A stretch of 63,173 nt of DNA, counting the filler, from Chrysochromulina tobinii (taxonomy: Eukaryota): assembly GCA_001275005.1 (NCBI GenBank). It is 9 parts of 9 records of this genome, joined end to end, with 100 filler letters (N's around TTAATTAATTAA, not from the genome) between each part and the next. Parts side by side here need not be neighbours in the genome. Positions count along the whole stretch, not along the records: positions 8,280 to 23,927 come from JWZX01000102.1; positions 24,028 to 31,684 come from JWZX01000103.1; 7 more parts are not named here. One strand, 5' to 3'. Under the pieces are notes generated by a model. The model had not been told where the DNA came from. It saw only the letters and a program-made list of their open reading frames with translations, and did not search any database. Below, one piece after another: positions 19,188 to 29,199 of the stretch (position 1 is the stretch's first letter; every line of letters begins with the position of its first letter). The position numbers and the translations under genes were made by a program.

Positions 19188-21884
19188 TCACATGGCAAAC
19201 GAGCCCAGCGTGAGGGCAAGCTCCGACGCCGCCGAGCGCATAAGCGGTATGGCCGGCGGCACCGCTCCAGAGGCTGAGCCGAGGGCGGCTTCCGACTTGG
19301 AACGCACGAATGCGAGCCCAGCGATCGCCGAGCCGCTGGCGTCGATGGCGCCGCTCGCGCCGCACGCACCCTCGGCGGCCATCACCTGCTGCGCCACCCG
19401 GAGCAGTCGCAGACGGTCGGAGCGCGAGCGGGTGAGAGGCACGCCCAGCAGCCGTACGTCCGGCATGCTCTCGCCGCGAGGCATCGAGGGCGCGGGTGCC
19501 ATGGCGCCCGCTATGGCGCCCGCTGACAAGTCGGCTTCGACCTCGGTCTGGTTGTGCAGCGAGACCTCCCGAGATTCCCGGCGCGAGATATTGGGCGAGA
19601 CATTGGGCGAGGACGACTCGCCCATCTCTGCCCATCCCTGCCTGGCCGGGGACTTAGGTGGCATCGGGGGTGGCTTGGGCGGCGGCGCCTTTTGCTTCTT
19701 GATAGCGGAGTTGGGTGTCGCCCTCACGCCGACCCTCGCGGGATCTTCGCGGGATGCTCGCGCCTCGCGGCCACGGCTGCTGCCGCCACTGCTGCCGCTG
19801 CTGTACCGGCCGCTGTTGCGGCGCGCCGAGCGCGCCGTTTCCCATCCATCCTCGTCGATGGCCGCTGCGATCTGCTGCACGGGGTCCATCATGGGCTCAT
19901 CAGACTCACTCATCTCCGCGTCGGCACCGCCCACGTCGGCCGCCAGCTCCTCGTCTGCCCCCACGGCCTCCAGCGCCGGCGGCTCTGACAGCGCCGATGC
20001 CGCCGCCGATGCCGCCGCCGATGCCGCTGGGGCATTGGCACGCATCCCCCAGGCATTCGGCGAAGACGGATGGAGTCCTGGGGGACATGGCGGGCTGATG
20101 GCAGCCGCAGCCGCCCGCGTCGTGCGCCCGTGCGCCGCCGCCACCGTGGGCGTCGGCGCCGCAGTCGCCGCCGCCTTCCTCATCTCCTGAAACACCTTGT
20201 CACCGACGGCCCGAGTGCATGCGCTGGTGAGGAATTCATTCAACGGGATCCGCGAACGAAGCAGTCCCTCGACGTGGGCGCGCACGCGTGGCTTTCCGAC
20301 GGCGCGCGCGCCACTCGAGGGCGCGCGGATGCACGCCTGCAGCAGTGCGCCGTAGGTGTAGTGGTCGGGTTGCAGCCGCCGCTCGGCCAGCTGCGCGCAG
20401 ACGCGCTCGACTGCATCGAGATCGCCGGCAGCTGCATGCGCCGACGCGAGGGCGTTGAATGTCACCTGGGAGGGCTCGACCCGCGCCGAAAGCATCATGC
20501 CGAAGGTGGTCTCGGCGGCGGCGATGCACCCCGCCTTGCCCTGTGCTGAGATGAGCGCGTTGAACGAGGCAGCCGAGAGCGACGCCTTCGCATGCACTAG
20601 AGCTCGCAAAGATTCCACAGCCGCCTCGAGCTCGCCAGATGTGGTGAGCGCGTGGATCAGGATGGCATGAGTGGTAGGCGTGACCTCGACAGCCTCCCGG
20701 CGCATGCGCTCGACACAGCGCAGCGCCGCCGCCGCGTCGCCGCGCTTGGCGTGGGCCGAGCAGACAGTGTTGTATGAGACCGCATCCGGTTGAAGCCCCG
20801 CGGCAGCCATACGATCGAGCCAAGCCTGGGCCGCCTTGCCGTCGGCCGCCTTGGCGTGTGCGTTGAGCACGGTGGAGTAGCTCACCTGGTTGGGCTGCAG
20901 CCCCGCCGCGAGCAGCTGCGCGAACGCCGCCTCCGCCTCCGCCGGCTTCTCCGCGCGCACGCAGGCCAGCAGCAGCGTGTTGTACGAGATCAGATCTGGC
21001 TGCGCACATGGCAGCTCGTCGCGCGCATGCTCTTCGAACCATGCAAGCAGCTTGCGCGCGCCGGGCACGTCAGCCACGTTGGCGTACGCGGAGAGCGCCG
21101 TGTTGAGCGCCATCGCGTCCGGCAGCACCTTGGCGTCGATCATACGCCAGAGTGTTCGGGCTGCATCGGCTGGGCGGCGCGCGCGCGCAAAGGCCGACAC
21201 CACCGCGGTGAAGGTGATACGGCTAGGCGCGAAGCCGGCGTCGAGCATCGAGTGCAGGATGTCCTCGGCCTTGTCGGGCCGACCCGCCGTGCCCATCGCC
21301 GTGATCACCGTGTTGAACGACACCTCGTCCGGCGGCGGGTAACCCGCTGCGCCGCCAGCAGCGAGCGAGCGCATCATCGAGCTGAGCAGCGCCGCGGCTC
21401 CTGTGAAGTCGGGTGGCGTGAGTCGCATGATGGCCTTGAGCTGCACGTTGCATGCAGCCGTGTCGGGCTGCATGCCCGCCTCCCGCATGCGAGCGAGCCA
21501 GGCGAGCACTGCCTCGGGCGTGCTGTGCTTGTCAAGGGCATGAAGGACATTCACGCAGATAGACTGCGAAGGCGTGAAACCACCGCGCGTGCAGGTGGCA
21601 AGGACACCCTCGATCGCGGCCTCGACTGAGTGGCCGATGGCGAGCAGCGCGTTGAACTGCATGTTCGCCATGCGCACGTTGGCTGCGCTGCCCGCGCGCG
21701 CCAGCGTGGCAAGGGCACCGTTTGGGTCGCCCGCGCGCAGCAACGCGGCCATCTCGGACTCGTCGTTGCCTTCAGCCTTGCTGCTGGCGGCCGAGCCAGT
21801 CGACAGGGTGCGCATTGCAGCCACCTCCGTCGCAGGAAGGCTGAGGCCGGGCGGAAGGGACGGCGGCAAGGAGGACGTCGCCAT
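19188..21884 (-). CDS. Pentatricopeptide repeat (PPR) protein
   Basis: Multiple 35-aa repeats beginning PDEVSFNTVITA, PSRITFTAVVSA, PDLISYNTLLLA, PNQVSYSTVLNA, PDAVSYNTVCSA and PDHYTYGALLQA. Confidence 0.92.
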   Translation of the reverse strand: MATSSLPPSLPPGLSLPATEVAAMRTLSTGSAASSKAEGNDESEMAALLRAGDPNGALATLARAGSAANVRMANMQFNALLAIGHSVEAAIEGVLATCTRGGFTPSQSICVNVLHALDKHSTPEAVLAWLARMREAGMQPDTAACNVQLKAIMRLTPPDFTGAAALLSSMMRSLAAGGAAGYPPPDEVSFNTVITAMGTAGRPDKAEDILHSMLDAGFAPSRITFTAVVSAFARARRPADAARTLWRMIDAKVLPDAMALNTALSAYANVADVPGARKLLAWFEEHARDELPCAQPDLISYNTLLLACVRAEKPAEAEAAFAQLLAAGLQPNQVSYSTVLNAHAKAADGKAAQAWLDRMAAAGLQPDAVSYNTVCSAHAKRGDAAAALRCVERMRREAVEVTPTTHAILIHALTTSGELEAAVESLRALVHAKASLSAASFNALISAQGKAGCIAAAETTFGMMLSARVEPSQVTFNALASAHAAAGDLDAVERVCAQLAERRLQPDHYTYGALLQACIRAPSSGARAVGKPRVRAHVEGLLRSRIPLNEFLTSACTRAVGDKVFQEMRKAAATAAPTPTVAAAHGRTTRAAAAAISPPCPPGLHPSSPNAWGMRANAPAASAAASAAASALSEPPALEAVGADEELAADVGGADAEMSESDEPMMDPVQQIAAAIDEDGWETARSARRNSGRYSSGSSGGSSRGREARASREDPARVGVRATPNSAIKKQKAPPPKPPPMPPKSPARQGWAEMGESSSPNVSPNISRRESREVSLHNQTEVEADLSAGAIAGAMAPAPSMPRGESMPDVRLLGVPLTRSRSDRLRLLRVAQQVMAAEGACGASGAIDASGSAIAGLAFVRSKSEAALGSASGAVPPAIPLMRSAASELALTLGSFAM

Positions 21885-22071
21885 AATTACGTTCTCGAAG
21901 TGGAAGGTTGTGGAGCGACGGAATCTTTGCGAGAAAGGAAACGAAAAATCGTGCAATTTGTAGTACGAGTACTTACTCGAACATGTATCGGTTCAACGTC
22001 ACGGCCCGCCGGCGCGTCTCGTCAAATTGCCAGATTCCGTCCTCGGCGAGGCCGACGAAATCGCGGCATCC

Positions 22072-23349
22072 ATGATTGCTTTCATCTTCACCGTCATCTG
22101 CGCGCTTGCGAGCGCGCAGCCTCAGCACCGCACTGCTCCCACGTTCGAGATCAACCTCGATAAGCCGCCCGAGCAGCGCTTCAGTGTGATCTTCGACCCG
22201 GCCGCCGGCTTCAATGAGACCGTGTGGGAATTCTACAACATGTACTTTGCGAACAACGAGCGGCTCAAGGAGGCGCTGTATCACCTCGTCGCCACGCGCG
22301 GCGAGGAGGTGCCCGAGATGCAGGGCGAGATCCGTGGGCTTGCCATGGGCTCGAAGCTTCCGCTTCCTTTCGTCCAGGGCATCCAGATGCTGTACGAGCT
22401 GCAGACGGTCATGGTGCCAATCGTAAACGTGTCGCGGCTGCCCAAAAGGCTCGTGAGCACACTCAACTACACGTTCGAGCGTGAGACGGCGCCGCCCGAG
22501 TGGGCGGCGCTCTCGCAGATCCCGTGGCGCGGGCCGGGCTGCACGGGGATCATCGCAACCAACACTCTCGACGGCACGGTCTCGCATGCACGCAACCTCG
22601 ACTTCATGCCGCACCGGATCATGAGCCGGCTTGTGTACACGGGGATCTTCACGCGCAACGGCACCGAGCTGTACCGCTCGCAGATGGTCGCGGGCTACGT
22701 GCAGGCCATCACAGGCATGCGTCGCGGCCCCAACGGCTTTGGGCTCGAGCGCAACACCCGCTACACAGACCATCCAGGCGGCTTCGAGCAGGCGTTGAGC
22801 AACCTCAAGGCAGGCCGCTTGCTCAACGGCTGGCAGTTACGCCAGACGCTCGAGGCGTGCGCGACATACGAGTGCGCGCTCGATCGCCTGTCCACCGTCC
22901 CATACGCCTCGACCGAGTATACGATCCTCTCTGGCGTGCGTAAAGGCGCCATCCTCTCGCGTTCACCGGATTACGTCGCGTACAAGCAGACGCTCGGAAT
23001 CCCTGCCGATACGCAGCCAGCATCCTACATCATCATGACGAACTTCGACTTTTTCTACCACGACATCCGCGAGTGGTTCGACCCGACCGGTGGCGAAATG
23101 TTCAGGCCTCGCCGGCTCGTCGCGCAGGGCCTGCTCAATGCAACGCTCGCGTCAGGCCGAGCCCTCACCCCCAAAGTACTCTTTGACGTCATCAACGCGG
23201 AGGGCGTCCTCGCGGGCGGCAACGACAGTGAGGGCGGGGGCGACGGCACCATCTTCCAGGCGCTCATCAACGTCGAGCTCGATCTGTGGAATGTTTCCAT
23301 CCCCGTGCTCAAGCACCGCCGTCGCGACGACGCCCGCGCTGCATCGTGA
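22072..23349 (+). CDS. Acid ceramidase / N-acylethanolamine acid amidase family (Ntn hydrolase), secreted or lysosomal
   Basis: Signal peptide, FEINLDKPPEQRF, nucleophile motif GCTGIIA, HARNLDF and TNFD. Divergent from the PPR gene. Confidence 0.88.
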   Translation: MIAFIFTVICALASAQPQHRTAPTFEINLDKPPEQRFSVIFDPAAGFNETVWEFYNMYFANNERLKEALYHLVATRGEEVPEMQGEIRGLAMGSKLPLPFVQGIQMLYELQTVMVPIVNVSRLPKRLVSTLNYTFERETAPPEWAALSQIPWRGPGCTGIIATNTLDGTVSHARNLDFMPHRIMSRLVYTGIFTRNGTELYRSQMVAGYVQAITGMRRGPNGFGLERNTRYTDHPGGFEQALSNLKAGRLLNGWQLRQTLEACATYECALDRLSTVPYASTEYTILSGVRKGAILSRSPDYVAYKQTLGIPADTQPASYIIMTNFDFFYHDIREWFDPTGGEMFRPRRLVAQGLLNATLASGRALTPKVLFDVINAEGVLAGGNDSEGGGDGTIFQALINVELDLWNVSIPVLKHRRRDDARAAS

Positions 23350-24027
23350 ATCCGTGACCGAATCGCCTCTAAGCGTGTCTAGGCGTGTACGCTTTACGCG
23401 CTAACGTGGTCCTAGTTCGTGTTCCGAGATTCACCTAGAGCTCCTCCTGAGAGCGCGCTACCCGGGATCGATTAGATGAATTTAACAACTTGACGGATGA
23501 AGCGGCATCTGGGGATCTGCGATCGCCGCGCCGGATCGCGACGCTCCCCGGCGCTCGCCCGGCCGCGCGGGGTCCGGGGACGCTCATGGCTCAACTACAA
23601 CTTCGGATGCCACGCTCGTGGTGTGAATCATAATTTGACGTTTTCGCAAGCTGCTATAAGGATATGGTCCGGTCTAACTACACCGCACAGCCTCAGGCTG
23701 TCCGACACCGACTCCGTGCTCTGGCACACATCAGCACGATCGCACGCAATCGCGTATATCGGCCGTTACACATCACACATGCGACACGCTTTGCCCAGAG
23801 CGCCGCTTGCGCTCTCAAGCCATCTCGCGGACGAGATGTTTAGAAGATGGTGGGGGGGGCGGCGCCGCCGAGGCCGCCGGTCGGGTAGAGGGCGTCGACG
23901 CCGAGGAGCTCGTGGACGAGGCAGCCGNNNNNNNNNNNNNNNNNNNNNNNNNNNNNNNNNNNNNNNNNNNNTTAATTAATTAANNNNNNNNNNNNNNNNN
24001 NNNNNNNNNNNNNNNNNNNNNNNNNNN

Positions 24028-24263
24028 CCAACGATGATGTGGACGATGATGTGGACTATTGGGCGCTTCCAAACGACAAGCGTCATAATCCCAATCGCTA
24101 CGGGTGGGACCCGGATCAGGGCTATCTTTACCATACTCCACCAGCTCAACAAACACCGTCCATTCTTGGCACAGCTCACGCGCAACACTCTGGAACAGTG
24201 TACGACCTCGATGATGACGACGATGATGGTGACATACCTTTGGTGTTCCGTAGGCGACGATAA
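24028..24263 (+). CDS. Acidic C-terminal fragment of a putative viral protein, 5' truncated
   Basis: Frame is open from the contig start (NDDVDDDVDYWALP...) to TAA 24263, 21 nt before the next ATG. Confidence 0.5.
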
Positions 24264-24284
24264 TTCTAAGCTTCCAGGTAAACG

Positions 24285-26135
24285 ATGTTGACCGGTTTGT
24301 TCAAAGGACGACAAAGCATTGAAGTTGGTGGGCCAATCGGATCGATGAAAGACGCGAAATCGAAAAGCTTGGCGAACCCCGACTACAAGGCGGCGTATCT
24401 GCTAAAACGCTTGACGGGTTACGAACCAGATTCGAATCCGGGACTTGACATGACGATCGACCGGTACAGACCGGAAGATAGCCGGCCATGGATGGATCAG
24501 GCTGAAAAGACCGCATTTCTTATGAACGCGGTCAAGGGCTACGAAGCGGAAGCCGAGGAGTCTTTAAAACTGGAGTTCAAAGATTGGTTAAGAGGCGAGC
24601 ACAACGATAACAACGATCCACAACCCTACAATAATGCACATGGTGGGTTGAAACGCAGAGACACGCGTGGTGAACAACTGGATGAGTGGTACCCGACGTG
24701 GTGGGGTAAGAAGCAGTTAACGCACCTCCCAGGCGTTCGAGAATATCTGCGCGAGGATCACATCTCGGCGGACAAAGCCTCGTTTGACATGAACATGCTC
24801 GCGCACTTCGGCCCGAGCAACCTCGAGGAGGCATGGGCATACTTCAAGTATTGGGTCAAGCGTCGGCCGGTTGGGCCGTGGATTAGACTGAATGAGCCCG
24901 ACGCTTCTGCTAATGCTAATACACCCTTTGAACGTTCGGGTCCAATCTCGATGGCTCCTGCAGATGCGGTTCTGAACATTGAGACAAACGCCAGAGGTAT
25001 CAAGAAGGTGCAGATGCCCGAGTTGGCGCGTCGCGAGGCAGGCAATACCTCTCTTTTGGATCGCGCCTTGACGCAAGCTGTCAAGGAATCAGCTGCCTTA
25101 CGAAACACAGAAGAAGCGGACAGGCTTCGAAAGGAAGCTGATGCTCTTGATGCTGCAGACAAGCAGAAAGAAGCAGAAATACTCGAAGCTCTGAAACGTG
25201 CAGATCCATTTAAGACCAAGTATGCGAAAGAGATGTTCGATGACGGTTACTTTGAGCCACACATGAAATCCTTGCAACAAGAGTATAAAAACACTGTGGC
25301 ACAGAAAGCTAAATCAGAGCCGGAAGTGTTGTGGCGCAAGTTGATGGCAAACAACGATAGGCAATTCACACGAGAGGAGTATAATCGAGTTCAAAACTAT
25401 ACTGGAATGACAACAGAAGCTCCACTTCAAGCTCGAATGGATCAGTTGATGGCAATCAAGGGCGTCTCACCAAAGATGAAGGAGCTCATCGGAGATCTCT
25501 TAAAGGACAGATTCAATTTTAAGGGTTCATACGCCGATCATTATCACCACGATAAACTCTTGCTCAAGCAAACTGATGCATGGCTGAAACAGGCTCAAGT
25601 TGGAATGCAGCTTACGAGACTTCTCACAGACAGAAAAGAAGCAAGGGCTGCATCAGCAGCGGCGCAGGCAGCGGAGCAGGCAGCGGAGCAGGAGGCACGC
25701 GATAAGATTGATGCATTGGTACAGCAAAGAGTGGATGCGATTCTGCGAAAAAGGGGACTATTGGAAGACGGAGATGATGTCGCGGAGGTAGATGAAAAGC
25801 GCGTGGACGAGGCGGAGGTAGAAGAGCGCGTAGCCGAGGTTCTTGAAAGCGTTCTTCAACGTGTCGCGGAGGTAGAAGAAGAAGACGAGGAGGAGGGAGA
25901 AGAAGTGGAAATTTTCGGCGAAAGAGGCGTCTTGCAAAGCACACCTGGCAAAGCTGCAGCCGATTCTAGTCCCACTGACACCTCGACAACCCTAGAAGTA
26001 TCACCTGCATCACCTGCCGTTACTCGCATGAACGAGCCAGCTCCCAGCAAGCCAACAATGAAGTTCAATGTAGCAGCTAGAGCCGTATCATCACCTAACG
26101 AACCTCGACGTCCAAAACCAGCCACAGGCCGCTAG
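24285..26135 (+). CDS. Putative viral protein, 616 aa, with a globular N-terminal domain and a coiled-coil/acidic tail
   Basis: Long ORF preceded by TTCTAAG (24264-24270). Motif QLTHLPGVREYL...GPSNLEEAWAYFKYWV. Confidence 0.75.
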   Translation: MLTGLFKGRQSIEVGGPIGSMKDAKSKSLANPDYKAAYLLKRLTGYEPDSNPGLDMTIDRYRPEDSRPWMDQAEKTAFLMNAVKGYEAEAEESLKLEFKDWLRGEHNDNNDPQPYNNAHGGLKRRDTRGEQLDEWYPTWWGKKQLTHLPGVREYLREDHISADKASFDMNMLAHFGPSNLEEAWAYFKYWVKRRPVGPWIRLNEPDASANANTPFERSGPISMAPADAVLNIETNARGIKKVQMPELARREAGNTSLLDRALTQAVKESAALRNTEEADRLRKEADALDAADKQKEAEILEALKRADPFKTKYAKEMFDDGYFEPHMKSLQQEYKNTVAQKAKSEPEVLWRKLMANNDRQFTREEYNRVQNYTGMTTEAPLQARMDQLMAIKGVSPKMKELIGDLLKDRFNFKGSYADHYHHDKLLLKQTDAWLKQAQVGMQLTRLLTDRKEARAASAAAQAAEQAAEQEARDKIDALVQQRVDAILRKRGLLEDGDDVAEVDEKRVDEAEVEERVAEVLESVLQRVAEVEEEDEEEGEEVEIFGERGVLQSTPGKAAADSSPTDTSTTLEVSPASPAVTRMNEPAPSKPTMKFNVAARAVSSPNEPRRPKPATGR

Positions 26136-26197
26136 AGCACATACGCCAAATGCACGCCGCTATTCGCTTTAAATTCTAGAGCACATGCAGCTTGCGC

Positions 26198-26344
26198 ATG
26201 GGCGTCGAGCACGTGTACGTCGTCTACGATCCGACTCGCCCCGTCAACCGCTTCGATCTCGGGTTCCGCAAAGTCTCGAAGATGATCGAGCTGACTCATT
26301 ACGAGGTCTTCCAGCCATTGCAGGTCACGGTCGTCAATTTGTGA
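26198..26344 (+). CDS. 48-aa ORF absent from the ORF track; candidate N-terminal part of a penton/minor capsid jelly roll
   Basis: MGVEHVYVVYDPTRPVNRFDLGFRKVSKMIELTHYEVFQPLQVTVVNL*. Codons end mostly in G/C and TTCTAG lies upstream at 26174-26179. Confidence 0.55.
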   Translation: MGVEHVYVVYDPTRPVNRFDLGFRKVSKMIELTHYEVFQPLQVTVVNL

Positions 26345-26379
26345 TGGGGACATGACATCTTCTAAGCATGTATTGAACC

Positions 26380-27195
26380 ATGTCGTCCCAACAACCCATC
26401 GAAGTGAAGCTCGCTCCGGGACTCCTGACCACACTGCGCGGTCCAAGGTGTTCTCTTGCAGCAGGTGAGGTGGTCAGCACTGGTAATTCTGTTCTGTTGC
26501 TTCCACTGTGGAGTGGCGCGAATGATGCTTTTGTCATCAACAACAAAGATACTGAAGGCGTCGACTTTGCGTTACTGTTCGACGTGACTACGGGTAAGTT
26601 CATCTTTCCTTTGGCATGTGTGCACAGTGAAGTGAGTGCTAGCAACGGGTTGCCTGTCGAATTGATCGGGTTTTGGACGGACAAGTTTCCGTCAGCTGCG
26701 CCTGAAGACCTGCTCACCGCGGTGTTCACATTGGTTGTGAAGAATGGCACTGAGCAGGCGTACTCCTCAGTGACGATACACCGACTACCGACGACAGTTG
26801 TCGTGGGCAATGTTACGGAACGACCAGGCACTCCGGAACAAGACCCTCCAGGCACTTCACTTACATTGACTGGTGCTTCTGTTGTAGAGAACATTAACAA
26901 TGGCTTTCCAACCATCGCCTCTAATACGCCCGTGGTCATTACACCCACCTTTCCCAGTGGCCACAGCGCTGTTTTCACTGTAACTGGCTACAATTGGGAC
27001 CAGACCGTAGAGATTGAAAACCCAGTCTACAGTTGGGAAATAGGTGCAGGCTTTACGGTGGTCTCTGGAACGCCATACACTTTGACGATCGGACCACAGA
27101 GTTTTAATCGAACACGTGTGTTCGTCACCATGATTGTCACGAGTCCTGATGGTGAAACTACGACTCTGATTGAAATGGTCATCGTGGAGACTTAA
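26380..27195 (+). CDS. Beta-rich putative virion spike or insertion-domain protein, 271 aa
   Basis: Thr/Val/Gly/Pro-rich alternating beta pattern with very few Lys/Arg. TTCTAAG at 26360-26366. Confidence 0.65.
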   Translation: MSSQQPIEVKLAPGLLTTLRGPRCSLAAGEVVSTGNSVLLLPLWSGANDAFVINNKDTEGVDFALLFDVTTGKFIFPLACVHSEVSASNGLPVELIGFWTDKFPSAAPEDLLTAVFTLVVKNGTEQAYSSVTIHRLPTTVVVGNVTERPGTPEQDPPGTSLTLTGASVVENINNGFPTIASNTPVVITPTFPSGHSAVFTVTGYNWDQTVEIENPVYSWEIGAGFTVVSGTPYTLTIGPQSFNRTRVFVTMIVTSPDGETTTLIEMVIVET

Positions 27196-27252
27196 GGAGT
27201 CACGACAAGCTTGATCGAACCTAAGATCCATAATTTCTTAACGCCGTATTAA

Positions 27253-27588
27253 ATGGCAGCGGCTAATAACTCGTCAGGAAGCACTGGAACAGAACCGGCA
27301 GAACCGACCTTCTTAAGCATCGACGAGATTGAGGGCAACTTCACGATCATCGTGTACAACAACGAGACGCATCAGACGCTTCGTGAAAAGGTCTTCTGTG
27401 TACTTGGCAATCCGACAAATCATCAACCGGTGCACACACTCCCCTTCAACCCACGACACATCTCATCCCTGACGCTGCAGCTGCGTAAGTACAACAAGGA
27501 GACGAACACGTACGAGAAGTACAACGGCCCGAAGGTCGGACTCTGGTTCAAGATCGTGACCGACGATTGCTCTGGCTCAAATTCATGA
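27253..27588 (+). CDS. Minor capsid (penton)-like single jelly-roll protein, C-terminal strands
   Basis: FLSIDEIEG...FCVL...FNPRHISSLTLQLRKY...YNG...LWFKIVT resembles the C-terminal pattern I recall for PLV and NCLDV pentons. Confidence 0.65.
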   Translation: MAAANNSSGSTGTEPAEPTFLSIDEIEGNFTIIVYNNETHQTLREKVFCVLGNPTNHQPVHTLPFNPRHISSLTLQLRKYNKETNTYEKYNGPKVGLWFKIVTDDCSGSNS

Positions 27589-27628
27589 TCGACGACTCTT
27601 GTATTTTCCGAGTGCCTGAGGAGCAACG

Positions 27629-28558
27629 ATGGCTACGAGAGCACCCGGTCCCGTGCCTGCAGGCCTTCAGCTCGCACCAATGAATAAGACCGACCCGACG
27701 ATGCAAACTAAGCTCGGTAGTGATCTCGATCACTTGCGGCAAACTTACCATGAGCCTTCGTATGGAAGAGACGCAAATGATACGTATACTGGGTATGTGG
27801 CTAACGGTATGGATCCAGACAAGGCTCAGACACTGCCTCAATGGTACCCCCGCGGCCTGACGCACATGCCAGTACAGTACGGCGGGCCATCGGCGGAGAA
27901 GGAGAACATGGACCGCCTGAATCAACTGATCGAGGTGGCGCCCAAGGGTGCGGGTGGTGCGATGCGGTACGCGCCGATTGGGGACAAGGAGGTCAACTAC
28001 CTCAAGTACATGGAGGACATGGCCGAGCTCGCAAAGTTCGACAACTACGTCGAGTCTTTTGTCGATCCAAGGCAGCCCGGCAGTGCCGAGTTTTTGTTCA
28101 AGGTCTACCCGGAGTACATTAACCGGCGCATGCAGCAGGCGCACACGGATTATGAGTTTGCACTGCGGAATCAGATGATTGACATGTGGGGCATTAACAC
28201 CTTCGACGACCTGTACTTTAAGTATTTGGTGGACCAGAAGAGGATCAGCGGTCCATCGCTACAACGTGCGGCGACTACCATTGACGACGAGTACGTCGGG
28301 GCGTACCTTGCACCCTGGAGCCATCCGAGGAAAAAGGTTGATGCAGAACATTTGTACCTCCCCTTCGCGTCCGCAAAGATTGGAGCAAAGCCAACTAATC
28401 AAAACGATTGGCGAATCGAACGCAAGGCCAATATGCCATTCAGGCACTCACAGACCCGGCAGCAATTGGCTCATTCAGTTTTCACGAAAGCGCCAGGACT
28501 TAACTCTGACGGGACGCCAAACACTAATCTGCCTGGTGATGGCAAGGGCACTGCATAA
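27629..28558 (+). CDS. Putative viral protein, 309 aa
   Basis: Clean ORF. Motif PEYINRR...WGINTFDDLYFKYLV. Variant upstream motif TTCCGAG. Confidence 0.75.
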   Translation: MATRAPGPVPAGLQLAPMNKTDPTMQTKLGSDLDHLRQTYHEPSYGRDANDTYTGYVANGMDPDKAQTLPQWYPRGLTHMPVQYGGPSAEKENMDRLNQLIEVAPKGAGGAMRYAPIGDKEVNYLKYMEDMAELAKFDNYVESFVDPRQPGSAEFLFKVYPEYINRRMQQAHTDYEFALRNQMIDMWGINTFDDLYFKYLVDQKRISGPSLQRAATTIDDEYVGAYLAPWSHPRKKVDAEHLYLPFASAKIGAKPTNQNDWRIERKANMPFRHSQTRQQLAHSVFTKAPGLNSDGTPNTNLPGDGKGTA

Positions 28559-28584
28559 ATATTCTAAGTACATTCTAGTGTACC

Positions 28585-28845
28585 ATGTCGGCCCCGGCAG
28601 TTCAGATCGAAGGGTGGCGTGGCGTGCTCGTTGTGTGCGGGCTCGGGCATCCGCTCGCGCGCGCGTTCGTCGCGGGCACGCTCGTCGGTGTCGTCGCGTT
28701 CACGGCGGGCCTGCCCAGGTCGGCGTTCACAGAGGACGGGCACTTGCGCCCGCAAGCCGGGCTGTCGAGCGACCCTGAAGCGTGCGACTATCATTTTCTA
28801 GTGGTTCCATTGAGTGTCGCGCTAGTCGTCGGGCTCTTCACATGA
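28585..28845 (+). CDS. Small two-TM putative viral membrane protein
   Basis: Two hydrophobic helices flank P..AFTEDG.LRP, similar to the P.F.F..DG..R motif of small NCLDV membrane proteins. TTCTAAG at 28562-28568. Confidence 0.7.
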   Translation: MSAPAVQIEGWRGVLVVCGLGHPLARAFVAGTLVGVVAFTAGLPRSAFTEDGHLRPQAGLSSDPEACDYHFLVVPLSVALVVGLFT

Positions 28846-29168
28846 GCAGCGTCGGCGAGTTTGTTAAGAGCAAGATGCACAACATGGCCGTCTGGGTGCA
28901 GGAGGAGCTCGGCTCGGTCATCGCGATCGACTACGTCGCGGCGGTCGACGCGCGCTCGGAGCTCGAGCTCACGACGCTGTGCGTGATGCTGCACACTGAG
29001 AGGGACATCGCAGCGCGGCGTGATTGGGACGCGCTCGTCGAGCTCGCAAGTGAGGAAGCCGCGCTCGCGCCGCTGCTGCAGATCCTCGTTGAGGTGCGCC
29101 AGCGCGAGCCGATGCACGAGAAGTTTTGGAAGTATGTGCAGCTGTTCATCGACGTGATCGATGAGTGA
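28842..29168 (+). CDS. Small helical putative viral protein, 108 aa
   Basis: ATGA overlap with the upstream gene at 28842-28845. C-terminal KFWKYVQLF motif. Confidence 0.7.
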   Translation: MSSVGEFVKSKMHNMAVWVQEELGSVIAIDYVAAVDARSELELTTLCVMLHTERDIAARRDWDALVELASEEAALAPLLQILVEVRQREPMHEKFWKYVQLFIDVIDE

Positions 29169-29199
29169 TTAGTTTCTAAGTGTCGAGTGTGTGTCAGCA

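Noticed and set aside
26132..26446. Minus-strand 104-aa ORF from the track
   Set aside because: It is antisense to the plus-strand 48-aa ORF, which has the upstream motif and matches the orientation of the cluster.
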